Assembly: GCA_942493095.1 (NCBI GenBank)
Contig: OW818675.1
Span: 3,060,001-3,092,000, forward strand
DNA: 32,000 nucleotides
Reading direction: 5' to 3'
Origin: Candidatus Electronema halotolerans
Lineage (GTDB): Bacteria > Desulfobacterota > Desulfobulbia > Desulfobulbales > Desulfobulbaceae
Shown here: positions 9,501 to 18,075 of the stretch, in pieces
Numbering within the stretch: position 1 is the stretch's first letter
Layout: each line of letters starts with the position of its first letter
Program-made: the position numbers and the translations under genes
The notes under the pieces: generated by a model
What the model was told of the DNA's origin: nothing
Database searches by the model: none
Seen by the model: only the letters and a program-made list of their open reading frames with translations

Positions 9501-10796
9501 CGAACCAGTGCCTGCGCTACACGCTTCGTTCATGGCATAGTCGCTCGGCACGCCATTGGTGATATAGGTGTATTTCGCGTCCTGGCCGCCGATTTCAAAG
9601 ATGGTGTCAACCTCCGGGTCAAAATGCACCGCAGCCGTGGCATGGGCGACAATCTCGTTGATTACGCCGTCGGTCAGAGCATGAAGCCCGGCAATCTGAC
9701 GGCCAGAGCCGGTCACGCCCAAGCCTTCAATCACAATCGGCACTTTGACTTGGTCTGCCAAACTCTGATACACATTCTTGGATGCGCCAATCGGGTCGCC
9801 GTTAGTGCGCAGGTACTCAGCCGCAATGATGGCCTTGTCGCGCCGCCGCAGCAGCACGCCTTTGGTGGTGGTTGAGCCGACATCAAGGCCGAGAATAGCC
9901 CTGTCGCCTGCCTCGGCAGTGCCGCGCTCCTGATGCTTGAAATCAACCAGCGTTTTCTGCTCGGCCAAAGGCGGCAGGGTTGCCAGGCCAGCGTGATGCT
10001 CGGCAAACATGGCATCTAACGAGACAAAGGGTTTGCAGTCATTGTCCAAGGCCCAGAGAGCCGCGCCAAGTGCCTCAAAAACGGCTGCCTGTTCCGAAAT
10101 CTGCATATTGGGCAGCTCCTCGCGCAGATAATGCACCATAGCCTTATTGCTCGCACAGCCGCCGACCAGCATGACCGCATCTTTGGGCAGCTTCTTGAGC
10201 AGCTCCAGCACCTTGCCTGCCATCATCTTGGACAGGCCCGCCACCACTTGGGCCTTGGCCACGCCCTTGTTCAGAGCATGAGTGCAGTCACTCTTGCAGA
10301 AGACCGAGCAGCGGCCAGAAACCTTGTAGGGTTTGTCCGGCAGCTCCATCTTGCTGACTTCGTCCAAGGTGATCGACATCCGGCCAAGTTGCTGGAGAAA
10401 GAACTCGCCCGTTCCTGAAGCGCATTTGTTGCCGGTGTGGATTTCAGCAACCTTGCCATCTTCGTCTAAATGATAGACCATCGTGGTCTCGCCGCCCGCG
10501 CTGATGATCACTTGGCAGGGCTGGTCTTTATCGAGAACAAAAGCGGCGGCCCGCTCCACCGCCTCTGGCTCGGCAATGCTGGACAAGGTCAGCATATCTC
10601 TGAACTTGCGCCCGGTGGCCGCAATCTTGAAGGCGTGCAGGTTGTCAATCTGGCCGAGCAGCTCGCGCAGAGTGCGGCGCGGGTTGCCATCATGGGCGCG
10701 GGAACGGGAAAAAAGGATTGTGGTGCCGGAGCCGTTCTGCTCCAATCCTGCTATGGAAATGCTGGAGGCGCCAGCGCAGATGCCGAGAGATTTCAT
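6504..10796 (-). CDS. Fusion protein: two BadF/BadG/BcrA/BcrD-type ATPase (activase) domains plus a 2-hydroxyacyl-CoA dehydratase-related C-terminal region (1430 aa)
   Basis: Two ASKHA starts are visible (MKSLGICAGASSISIAG and AILGLDVGSTTTKGVLL). Cys-containing segments follow (SGRCSVFCKSDCTHA, FSDQCAAFIGSD, CGGGKDCDRGCEIA), and the long C-terminal region is typical of the large 'CoA-substrate-specific enzyme activase' proteins. An AGGAGA RBS is present. Confidence 0.85.
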   Translation of the reverse strand: MKSLGICAGASSISIAGLEQNGSGTTILFSRSRAHDGNPRRTLRELLGQIDNLHAFKIAATGRKFRDMLTLSSIAEPEAVERAAAFVLDKDQPCQVIISAGGETTMVYHLDEDGKVAEIHTGNKCASGTGEFFLQQLGRMSITLDEVSKMELPDKPYKVSGRCSVFCKSDCTHALNKGVAKAQVVAGLSKMMAGKVLELLKKLPKDAVMLVGGCASNKAMVHYLREELPNMQISEQAAVFEALGAALWALDNDCKPFVSLDAMFAEHHAGLATLPPLAEQKTLVDFKHQERGTAEAGDRAILGLDVGSTTTKGVLLRRRDKAIIAAEYLRTNGDPIGASKNVYQSLADQVKVPIVIEGLGVTGSGRQIAGLHALTDGVINEIVAHATAAVHFDPEVDTIFEIGGQDAKYTYITNGVPSDYAMNEACSAGTGSFLEESAKESLGIKVTDIGDTAFRATAPPNFSDQCAAFIGSDIKRSVQENVPLEDIVAGLVYSIGMNYNNRVKGNRPVGKKVFVQGGVCYNQAVPAALAGLTGKQVVVPSEAGLMGAFGVALEVERRMEQGLLKSEQYDLQELISREVEYQKPFRCGGGKDCDRGCEIARIKIKDKVYPFGGICNRYDNLIHNRKVEAGDYDLVIRRERRVFRDLAPASPEDRRPTVGMNRSFLLNTLFPFFNAFFAALGFRLTLPSAQDPRGMDQQGAAFCYPVEIAHNYVAALLAEKPDFIFLPQLKGVDSGEKDMTSCTCVLVQSEPYYLRTAFPALEHNKKVLSQVLDFSKGYAADHAAFRDVAGQLGAEADKADAALKAAIAAQDEFTKDIREMGRQALADLESDPERFGVVLFGRPYNSFASAANKGIPAKFASRGISIIPFDMLPYWQEQLASDDNMYWAMGQIILKGARFAEKHPQLYGAYITNFSCGPDSFLVSFFREIMGRKPSLTLELDSHTADAGLETRIEAFLDIIRYYREIQKKSQPLRIRKAFRAAEVEEQSGIAGVRTSDGAWLPLTSSRVRMLVPAMSRYCTPLLTEAFARIGIKAEILRPADEEVLKLGRGHASCKECLPLQTTLGSLLNRVKFRRPDEVLIYYMASAEGPCRLGQYHVYTKRVLEQQQIPDVAMFTPSSMNGYCDLSDEFLRAAWRAIVIGDIFDEMWSTVLAGAENRQEGLKIFHEEYEKIRAVISRRWPVIAGQLSRSAARLSQIKLKKPYSELPKLSLVGEMYVRHDPISLQNLIERMADRGFVVRTAMISEYIKFIDWLIKHDIEGERSKGFVIRGYVKKYFDHAIRRRLARSGLYFYDGDAPIEPVIEAGGKFVSPHFTVETIVTVGAALHEILHPSCGVISIGPFGCMPSRVAEAVLNEKFTTTEKKAALDNGDARQWQPILAKERKLPFIAIETDGNPFPQLIEARLETFCLQAQRLNEQMLACKAAAAGSLS

Positions 10797-11085
10797 GAAG
10801 TCTCCTGAAAGAGTGGTGTTCCGGCAGAGACAAGAAAAGGCAGACTTTGGGAGCGCCCTTGCTCAGGCCGGGGGCAGAAAATCATATCTGGAAAAGATAA
10901 CTTTCTGTAGGACTGATCACAACAGCAATTTTACGATGGCTGGCAAAAGTGACAGCAGCCCGGTGCCGTCTGCGCAGTCCGCGCTGGACAATCCGCAGCC
11001 AGCGGTTTACAATAGCTTCTTTTCAGGCAGCATTGAGCGCGCGGCATGATTTCTGAACAGTTTTGCAGCAGGACAAGGCGGAGAG

Positions 11086-12741
11086 ATGGAAAGCTACTGC
11101 ATCGGCATTGACACAGGCGGCACCTGCACAGACGGGGTGCTGATCAGCAATTCCACGCTCAAGGCGGCGCATTGGGTCAAAGAGACGACCACGCACCACG
11201 ACTTGGGCATTGGCGTGGGCCGGGTTCTGGCGCGGCTTTTGGCTGAGTCCGGGATTGAGCCGGAAGCGGTCAACCGGCTTTCGGTCTCGACCACGCTGGC
11301 CACCAACGCGGTGGTTGAGGGACGCGGGGCACGAGTCGGTCTGCTTGTTTTTGGCCATGTCCGCCATTTCAAGCTGCCCGTGACAGCCAGTGTTTTTATG
11401 AAGGGCGGCCACAAGATCACTGGCGAGGAAGAGGAGCCGCTTGACTTGGAAGGGCTGGTCGATTCAGTGCGGGCCATTCGGGGCGAGGTTGACAGCTACG
11501 CCGTATGCAGCGCCATGTCGATCAAAAACCCGGCCCATGAGCTGGTGGCTGAGGAAGCCATTGCTGTCCTTGATCCCAAGCCGGTCTTCTGCTCGCATCA
11601 GGTCAGCGGCAGTCCGGGCATGCACGCCAGAGCCGCCACTGCCTGCCTTCATGCCCGCCTGATGCCGCTCATGGTCGGCTTTCTCTCCTCTGTGCAGATT
11701 TCCATGCTCAAGGCTGGCTTGAACTGCCCGGTGACCATCATCTGCGGCAACGGTCGGGGCGCGGGCTTGGATGAGGCCGTGCAGCGGGCCGCAATCACCG
11801 TGGCCAGCGGCCCGGCAGCCACAGCCCGTTTCGGCTGCACTGCCGGAGAGCAGATCGCCTTGGTCGTGGATGTCGGCGGCACAACCACAGATGTCTGCAT
11901 GATCCGCAACGGCATGCCGGTTCTGAGCCGGGAAGGCTGCCAGATCGGCCAGTGGCGCACCCATATTGAAGCGATTGACATGTACACCGCTGGCGGCGGC
12001 GGCGACTCGCACGTCATCTGCTCGCTGGAGCATGGTCAGGCCAAAATTCGCTTGGCCCCGGTGCGGGTTCAGCCTTTGGCCACGACCGCTGATCTGCCTG
12101 ATCCAGAGGACTGGCTCGGCTGCGGCCTGCGCAACGCCTTGGTCATGCCGACTGAGGGACTGAATGAGGAGAGCGCGGCCCATGATGAGATACTCCGCAG
12201 CCTGCTCGAATACGGCGCGGCCAACCCGGAGACCTTGGCTGTGCAGATCGGCATGTCCGGGGTCTTGCTGGAAAAATGGCTGGAGCGGCTGACCTACTGC
12301 CAGCAGATTCAGATGATCGGCTTCACCCCGACCGATGCCCTGCATGTCCTTGGCAGGCTGGACATTGGCAGCCGGGAGCAGGCCGGGCGCGGGGCGGCGG
12401 TTCTGGCCAAGGCCATGAACATGGACGTGGAAAGCCTCTGCCTGCGGGTGGTGGCTGAAGCCGAGCAGACTATTGAGACCATCATTCTTGACTATCTGGC
12501 CCGCAAGGTCTGGCCCGCCAGCGAGGCGGCCCCTTTTCTGACCAGCAAGGACAATCCGCTCTTTTCCCTCAGCGTGGCCGTGAAGATTCCGATCATCGGC
12601 ATTGGCGCAGCTTCGCGCTGCTTCCTGCCTGCGGTGGCCGAGCGGCTGCGCACGGCGGTCAGCTTCCCGGAGCATTATGAGGTGGGCAATGCCGTGGGCG
12701 CGGCCCTGATCGGCAGAGAAGAATTTTTGGGCTTGCAGTGA
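11086..12741 (+). CDS. Hydantoinase/oxoprolinase family protein
   Basis: N-terminus is CIGIDTGGTCTDGVLI...TTLATNAVVEGRGARVGLL; a second ASKHA-like phosphate motif is LVVDVGGTTTDVCMI. 551 aa. Confidence 0.8.
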   Translation: MESYCIGIDTGGTCTDGVLISNSTLKAAHWVKETTTHHDLGIGVGRVLARLLAESGIEPEAVNRLSVSTTLATNAVVEGRGARVGLLVFGHVRHFKLPVTASVFMKGGHKITGEEEEPLDLEGLVDSVRAIRGEVDSYAVCSAMSIKNPAHELVAEEAIAVLDPKPVFCSHQVSGSPGMHARAATACLHARLMPLMVGFLSSVQISMLKAGLNCPVTIICGNGRGAGLDEAVQRAAITVASGPAATARFGCTAGEQIALVVDVGGTTTDVCMIRNGMPVLSREGCQIGQWRTHIEAIDMYTAGGGGDSHVICSLEHGQAKIRLAPVRVQPLATTADLPDPEDWLGCGLRNALVMPTEGLNEESAAHDEILRSLLEYGAANPETLAVQIGMSGVLLEKWLERLTYCQQIQMIGFTPTDALHVLGRLDIGSREQAGRGAAVLAKAMNMDVESLCLRVVAEAEQTIETIILDYLARKVWPASEAAPFLTSKDNPLFSLSVAVKIPIIGIGAASRCFLPAVAERLRTAVSFPEHYEVGNAVGAALIGREEFLGLQ

Positions 12742-12811
12742 ACCTGGATGCAGCTGGGAAAGTACCCGTCTGCGCCGGCAGAGAAAAATACAACAAAAGG
12801 AGAACGGGCGA

Positions 12812-14332
12812 ATGAAGAAAAAGATTCTGGTGTCAGCAGCAGTGCTGGCTTTGCTGGCAGCACCTGTGATATCGGTGCAGGCGGCAGGGGTTCTGAGAAG
12901 CATAGGCGAGCATCCGGTGTCCTCGCCGCTGGCGACAGTGGAGGCGCTGAAGGACATGATGCGGCAGCGGAGCAGCGACATTCAGGCAGGCATGAGGGCG
13001 GCAGGCCATGCTGATCTCTTTCCCTTGGTCCGGGATCATATTGCCCGCTATCCGCAGACCCAGATCAATGTTGTTGAGTATCAGCCCGGCCAGCACATTG
13101 AATGGATGCTCTTCCGCAGCAACGGGCGGGGCAGGGTCAAGGTGGCCCAGAATATCACTTGGGGCGGCAATGCTCCGCTGACGGTCTTTGAATTTTTTAT
13201 TGACAGGAACGGCCAGCGCTACACCTTTGCCGTGCCCTTGGCCTGCGGCAATCTGTCCCTGAAAGAGACTGGGCCGCAGCCCTGTGAGCCGGTGATCAAG
13301 GAAGTGGTGCGGGAAGTCAAGGTGCCTGGTCCGACCGTCTATGTGCCCAAAGAAGTGGTCAAAGAAGTGAAAGTTCCTGTACCAGGACCAACCGTTTACG
13401 TGCCCAAGGAAGTCGTCAAATATGTTGATCGACCTGTGGTCAAAGAGGTCAAGGTGCCTGTGCCCGGCCCGACCCAGTACATTGAAAAGCCGGTGATTAA
13501 ATACGTTGACCGGCCTGTCAATGTCCCTGGCCCGACCGTCTATGTGCCAAAAGAGGTGGTCAAGTATGTTGACCGGCCTGTGGTCAAAGAGGTTGTGAAA
13601 GAAGTGCAGGTGCCCGGCCCGACCCAGTACATTGAAAAGCCGGTGGTCAAATACGTTGACCGACCTGTGGTCAAAGAGGTTGTGAAGGAAGTGCAGGTGC
13701 CCGGCCCGACCCAGTACATCGAAAAGCCGGTGATCAAGTACAAGTATGTTGACAAGCCGGTGATTCAGGAAGTTGAGGTGCAGGGGCCGACCAGAACCGT
13801 CTATGTTGACCGGCCTGTGGTCCAGAAGGAAGTGGTGCGGGTCAAGGAGCCGCAGCCTGCCGCCTCCTGCTGCTCAGATTTCCATTTCATCGCCGATGCC
13901 AGCTATCTGAATCAGAAGGAAGATGCCGACTACGGCATGGGCCGATTGGGCGTGGCCTATGACCTCAACCAACAGTACTCTTTCATGGCCTTGCTTGGCG
14001 GGGCAGGCAAGGCGGACGGTGATGCCGGGGAAGATGCCCTTGTCATGGACTTTCTTCTCCAGTACAACTTTTTCCTGTGCTCACGCCGGGGAGCAGTGCA
14101 GTCGCCCTTTTTCATGGCTGCGGGCATTGGCGCATGGATGACCTCTGGTGATGACGACGTGGCCAGCGAGGACAGCGGCGCAGACCTGATTGCCGAGCTT
14201 GGGGTGCGCATCTCCGGCACACCGGGCACCGCCAACATGGCCCTCTTTGTTGAAGGCCGGTCAGCCACTGATGAATTGGACGAGCTGGAGGACTATGGCC
14301 GCTTTGGCGGCGGGCTGCGCTTCCGCTTCTGA
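12812..14332 (+). CDS. Secreted repeat protein: signal peptide, about 135-aa N-domain, Pro/Val/Lys-rich periodic region and an OMP-like C-terminal domain ending in ...GGGLRFRF
   Basis: Signal peptide MKKKILVSAAVLALLAAPVISVQA|AG with an AAGGAG RBS. Repeats are of the form VPGPT(V/Q)Y(V/I)(P/E)K(E/P)VVKYVDRPVVKEV. The aromatic C-terminal residue and alternating hydrophobic pattern suggest a small beta-barrel. Confidence 0.75.
   Translation: MKKKILVSAAVLALLAAPVISVQAAGVLRSIGEHPVSSPLATVEALKDMMRQRSSDIQAGMRAAGHADLFPLVRDHIARYPQTQINVVEYQPGQHIEWMLFRSNGRGRVKVAQNITWGGNAPLTVFEFFIDRNGQRYTFAVPLACGNLSLKETGPQPCEPVIKEVVREVKVPGPTVYVPKEVVKEVKVPVPGPTVYVPKEVVKYVDRPVVKEVKVPVPGPTQYIEKPVIKYVDRPVNVPGPTVYVPKEVVKYVDRPVVKEVVKEVQVPGPTQYIEKPVVKYVDRPVVKEVVKEVQVPGPTQYIEKPVIKYKYVDKPVIQEVEVQGPTRTVYVDRPVVQKEVVRVKEPQPAASCCSDFHFIADASYLNQKEDADYGMGRLGVAYDLNQQYSFMALLGGAGKADGDAGEDALVMDFLLQYNFFLCSRRGAVQSPFFMAAGIGAWMTSGDDDVASEDSGADLIAELGVRISGTPGTANMALFVEGRSATDELDELEDYGRFGGGLRFRF
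13289..13855 (+). repeat. Intragenic tandem repeats (about 60-90 bp units) encoding the PGPT-Y-x-K-x-V-V-K-Y-V-D-R-P-V-V-K-E-V periodic region
   Basis: Two near-identical 87-bp copies begin near 13555 and 13640 (gtggtcaa(g/a)ta(t/c)gttgacc(g/a)(g/a)cctgtggtcaaagaggttgtgaa(a/g)gaagtgcaggtgcccggcccgacccagtacat...). Confidence 0.85.
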
Positions 14333-14350
14333 ACCCAGACCTGATGCCTG

Positions 14351-14389
14351 AAAAATAAACAACCCCGCCCCAAGCAAAGGGGCGGGGTT
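14351..14389 (-). terminator. Intrinsic terminator between convergent genes (possibly bidirectional)
   Basis: An 11-bp GC-rich stem (aaccccgcccc 14361-14371 / ggggcggggtt 14379-14389) with a 7-nt loop. On the minus strand it is followed by GTTTATTTTT; on the plus strand it is preceded by an A-tract. Confidence 0.8.
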
Positions 14390-14422
14390 CAGTCCCGCAG
14401 CGCAGCAATACAGGCTGTGGTT

Positions 14423-15145
14423 TCAGTCGCGGGCACCGCCGAAAAAGCGGAGCAGCATCAGGAAGAGGTTGATGAAATCCAAATACAGGGCCAGCGCGCC
14501 GATGATTGCCCCTTTCCGCACTGCCGCATCGCCTTGGCTCATAATGCCCTCCTCGCCCATCATCTTGATCTTCTGCACATCATAGGCAGTCAGGCCGACA
14601 AAGACGATCACGCCGATCAGGGAGATCGCCAAGTCCAAGACCGTGCTGCCAATGAACAGGTTGACAATCGAGGCGATGATGATGCCGATCAGGCCCATGA
14701 ACATGAACGATCCAAGGCTGTCCAAGTTGCGCTTGGTCACCATGCCGTAAATGGACATGGACAGGAACATGCCTGCCGTGATCAGGAAGGTGGCGGCAAT
14801 GGAGGCGCCGCTGTAGGCAAGAAAAATCACCGACAGGGTCAGGCCGTTGAGAAAGGCGTAGCCGAAAAACAGGCCAGTGGCTGTGCCCGGCTGAATTTTA
14901 TCTATGCGGGCGGACAGATACCAGACCAGACCTACTTCCGCTATAATCAGCGGCAGGAACAGGGGCTGGATGGTGAAAAACAGACCCGTGGAAGCGGTCA
15001 GCCACGCGACCAGTCCGGTCAGTCCCAGCCCAGCGGCCATCCAGTTGAAGACCTTGGCCAAAAAGACGGTTGATGCCTCCTGCCGCGCCTTGACCGCAGC
15101 AGCAGTGGCAGCATTGCTCGCATAATTTGTTTCCATGTTGTACAT
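14423..15145 (-). CDS. Bax inhibitor-1/YccA family membrane protein
   Basis: Seven hydrophobic segments, a typical FLAKVFNWMAAGLGLTG start and a charged C-terminal tail. GGAGGA abuts ATG 15145, so the second ATG at 15136 (METNYASN...) may be the true start. Confidence 0.85.
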   Translation of the reverse strand: MYNMETNYASNAATAAAVKARQEASTVFLAKVFNWMAAGLGLTGLVAWLTASTGLFFTIQPLFLPLIIAEVGLVWYLSARIDKIQPGTATGLFFGYAFLNGLTLSVIFLAYSGASIAATFLITAGMFLSMSIYGMVTKRNLDSLGSFMFMGLIGIIIASIVNLFIGSTVLDLAISLIGVIVFVGLTAYDVQKIKMMGEEGIMSQGDAAVRKGAIIGALALYLDFINLFLMLLRFFGGARD

Positions 15146-15239
15146 TCCTCCGTGTGGTTGTCAATTATCGGAACATTTGCATCTGCTCTAACAATAATCA
15201 TTCTGACGGCTCAGGGCAAGAAATTCAGGAGGAACAACG

Positions 15240-16004
15240 GTGAAAATCGCAGTCAGCGGCAAGGGCGGGGTCGGCAAAACCACGATCATGGCTCTGCTGG
15301 CCGGAGCCTTGCGCAAGCAGGGCCGTGAGGTCTTGGTGATTGATGCTGATCCCAGTCCGCACATGGCGCAAACACTGGGCATCGGCGATCCGGGCACGAT
15401 CAAGCCCATTGCTGAAATGGGCAGGCTGCTGGCCGAACGGGCCGGAAAGACTGAAGGCTCGCCTTTTTACAATCTCAACCCGGAAGTGAATGACCTGCTG
15501 CGGGATTTCATGCTGGAGCAGGACGGCATCCGGCTGATGGTCCTTGGCGCGGTGCAGACCGCCGAGAGCGGCTGCGCCTGCCCGGAAAACCATGTCCTCC
15601 GCAAGATGCTCAAGAAAATGCTGCTCACAGCCAAGGAAGCAGTGCTGGTTGACATGGAGGCCGGGGTCGAGCATCTGGGCCGGGGCACAGTGGCCGGAGC
15701 CGACTGCCTGCTGATCGTGGTCATTCCTTCCAAATCCGGGGTGCGCACGGCCCTGAAAATCAAGCAGATGGCTGATCAGGTGCGGATTCCGCAGGTCTTT
15801 TTTGTCGGCAATTTGGTGCAATCTGAGGAAGACCGGGCCTTTCTTCGCGCAGAGCTGGGCGAGGAGCCAGCCGCCTTTTTCCCGGATGCGACAGCAGTGC
15901 GCCGGACGGAGCGGGCCGGGCAGCCAGTGCTGGCTGTGCAGGAGGGACTGGAGGATGCGCCGCAGCTTCTCTTGAAAAAAATTCTGGCCGCGCTGGAGTC
16001 TTGA
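15240..16004 (+). CDS. CooC-type (MinD/ParA superfamily) nickel-insertion accessory ATPase-like protein
   Basis: GTG start with AGGAGG 7 nt upstream. It has the deviant Walker A KIAVSGKGGVGKTT and the CooC-like Cys-x-Cys motif ESGCACPENHV. Confidence 0.75.
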   Translation: MKIAVSGKGGVGKTTIMALLAGALRKQGREVLVIDADPSPHMAQTLGIGDPGTIKPIAEMGRLLAERAGKTEGSPFYNLNPEVNDLLRDFMLEQDGIRLMVLGAVQTAESGCACPENHVLRKMLKKMLLTAKEAVLVDMEAGVEHLGRGTVAGADCLLIVVIPSKSGVRTALKIKQMADQVRIPQVFFVGNLVQSEEDRAFLRAELGEEPAAFFPDATAVRRTERAGQPVLAVQEGLEDAPQLLLKKILAALES

Positions 16005-16089
16005 GCAGCAGCAGGTTGACGGCCATGCCGCTTATGCGCTATCATTTTGGTAAACGACTGCGTTTCAGCCCTTTTCCCCTGATGCTGCC

Positions 16090-17547
16090 ATGACCCGTTC
16101 CCGTCTTTTCAAAATTGCCGTCATTTCCTGCTGGCTCCTCCTGCTTCTGCTGCTGGCAAAGCGGGATTTTTTCATCTCCGCTTTGGACAGCAGCGAGCAG
16201 GCGACCCTGCTTACGGCCAAATATCAGCAGTATTACGGCGTTAAATTGTATGACAAGCGGATTGGCTGGGTGATGGAGGATTTCCGCCCGATTGAGAACG
16301 GCGGCTTCCGCGTCCGGCAGCAGGCTTCGCTCCGCCTCAAGGTGCTGAACAGCGTCCAGCCAGTGCAGATGGACTTGCACGCGGACTTGGACAAGGGCAT
16401 GCGACTGCAAACCTTCAATTTCACCTTTTCCTCGCCGTTTTACAGCACCAAGGCCGAAGGCTGGACCGAGGGCGGGACTGTCCATTTCACTTTGGACACA
16501 GGCCGGGCCGTGATCAAAGATTCTGTCACCCTGTCGGACGCGCCGCTCCTGCCGCTCAATCAGCGGGGCTATCTGCTCAAAAAGATGAGTAAAACCGGCG
16601 AAAAGCTCAAGGCTCCTTTTTTTGATCCCTTCTCCTTGAGCCAGCGCGAGTCGGTCATCACCTACAATGGGCCGGACAAGGAGCTGATCGGCGGACGGGT
16701 GCATAATCTGCACGAGTTCACAGAGGCCCATTCCGGCATGAAAACAACCTTCTGGCTTGATGATGAAGGGAAAATCATCAAGGAGGAGTCGCCCGCAGGC
16801 TTTGTTTTTGAGGCGGAGCCGCAATTCAAGGCTATGGACATTCAGGACAGCGGCGATGAGCTGCTGGCAGCCGTGGCAGTCAAGTATTCAGGCAAGCTGC
16901 CGCCAAAAGACAGCCCTGCGGCGCACTATCAGCTTGATTTTCCGGCAGAGGCGGAAGTGGAGCTGAACGGCGGACGGCAGCAGTTTGCCGACGGCAGGCT
17001 GACGCTGCGCCAGGAGAGCTTCCCGCCCCAGGCAGAAGGCACGGAACAGTGCGCTGCGCCGGAATATCTGCAACGCAGCCGTTATGTGCAGGTTGATGAT
17101 GTCAAGATTATTAACAAGGCCAAGGAGATTGTCGGCGATGAGACGGATCCGGTCAAGCAGGTCAAACTGCTGACAGACTGGGTGTACAACTATCTGGAAA
17201 AGCGGCCTGTGATCGGCCTGCCTGATGCTTTGACCACGTTGGAGAGCGGCCTTGGCGACTGCAACGAGCACGCGGCCTTGTTCGCCGCCCTGAGCCGCAG
17301 CCTCGGCATTCCCACCGGGATTGCCGCCGGAGTCACTCTGCAACGGGATGCCTTTTATTATCATGCGTGGAATGAGGTCTGCATCCAAGGGCAATGGATA
17401 AGTTTGGACACCACCATCAATCAGCTGCCAGCAGACATTTATCATATCCGCTTCACCCGCGCTGATGTGGAAGGACAGGTTGCCATTGGCGCGCTGCTCG
17501 GCAAGCTGAAGATTGAGGCCCTGCCATCGTCACCAGAGCAGCAATAG
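16090..17547 (+). CDS. Transglutaminase-like cysteine protease-fold protein with an N-terminal membrane anchor
   Basis: N-terminal TM segment FKIAVISCWLLLLLLLA. The C-terminal core is GDCNEHAALFAALSRSLGIPTGIAAGV...YHAWNEV...DTT, a Cys-His-Asp triad context. Confidence 0.8.
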   Translation: MTRSRLFKIAVISCWLLLLLLLAKRDFFISALDSSEQATLLTAKYQQYYGVKLYDKRIGWVMEDFRPIENGGFRVRQQASLRLKVLNSVQPVQMDLHADLDKGMRLQTFNFTFSSPFYSTKAEGWTEGGTVHFTLDTGRAVIKDSVTLSDAPLLPLNQRGYLLKKMSKTGEKLKAPFFDPFSLSQRESVITYNGPDKELIGGRVHNLHEFTEAHSGMKTTFWLDDEGKIIKEESPAGFVFEAEPQFKAMDIQDSGDELLAAVAVKYSGKLPPKDSPAAHYQLDFPAEAEVELNGGRQQFADGRLTLRQESFPPQAEGTEQCAAPEYLQRSRYVQVDDVKIINKAKEIVGDETDPVKQVKLLTDWVYNYLEKRPVIGLPDALTTLESGLGDCNEHAALFAALSRSLGIPTGIAAGVTLQRDAFYYHAWNEVCIQGQWISLDTTINQLPADIYHIRFTRADVEGQVAIGALLGKLKIEALPSSPEQQ

Positions 17548-17691
17548 GTTGTGCCCGCGCCGCTCAAGCCGTTGCAGGAGTGGGAGGGGAGCCGGATGCC
17601 GTGTCGCCCCTTGAGCCTGACAGCTCGTGACGTAGATAATGCACCGGCGCCTCTATTTTTTCCTGCTGGAACTTGAACAGCATCTACAGAT

Positions 17692-18075
17692 TCACCAGAT
17701 GGTGCGCAGGGTCGGGCAGGAGCGCAGCTTTTCGTCCTTGGTCACCAGCGGCAGGCCCATGACCAGCGCAGTGGCGGCAATGATGCGGTCTGCTGGATCG
17801 GCGGGCAGGGCGACAGAGCGCAGGGCAATGGTGTTGTCGATGGGCGCGAAACGGACAAAGGGCAGGCTTTCCGTCTTCCGCACCCAGTCCTGCACTGCTA
17901 TGGACAGGGACAGCCTGCCTTTCTCAACCAGCAGGGCCAGCTCCCACGCGGAGATGGAGGAAATGACAATGCCGTTCTCCTGCATGGCCTCACTGATGGC
18001 CTGCGCCGCATCAGGTGCCAGCTTCTCCGGGCTGCTGATCCACCAAAGCCAGACATGGGTGTCGAGGACAATCAT
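17692..18075 (-). CDS. vapC: Type II toxin VapC (PIN-domain ribonuclease)
   Basis: MIVLDTHVWLWW..., SAWELALL, DPADRIIAATA and LVTKDEKL provide the PIN acidic residues. It overlaps the upstream antitoxin gene in a 4-bp ATGA. Confidence 0.85.
   Translation of the reverse strand: MIVLDTHVWLWWISSPEKLAPDAAQAISEAMQENGIVISSISAWELALLVEKGRLSLSIAVQDWVRKTESLPFVRFAPIDNTIALRSVALPADPADRIIAATALVMGLPLVTKDEKLRSCPTLRTIW

Noticed and set aside
11464-12981. 505-aa minus-strand ORF opposite the hydantoinase gene. Similar antisense ORFs lie at 1601..2734 and 16042..16824.
   Set aside because: These are antisense to well-supported genes and have low-complexity Arg/Ala/Gly/His-rich translations. I treat them as high-GC artefacts.
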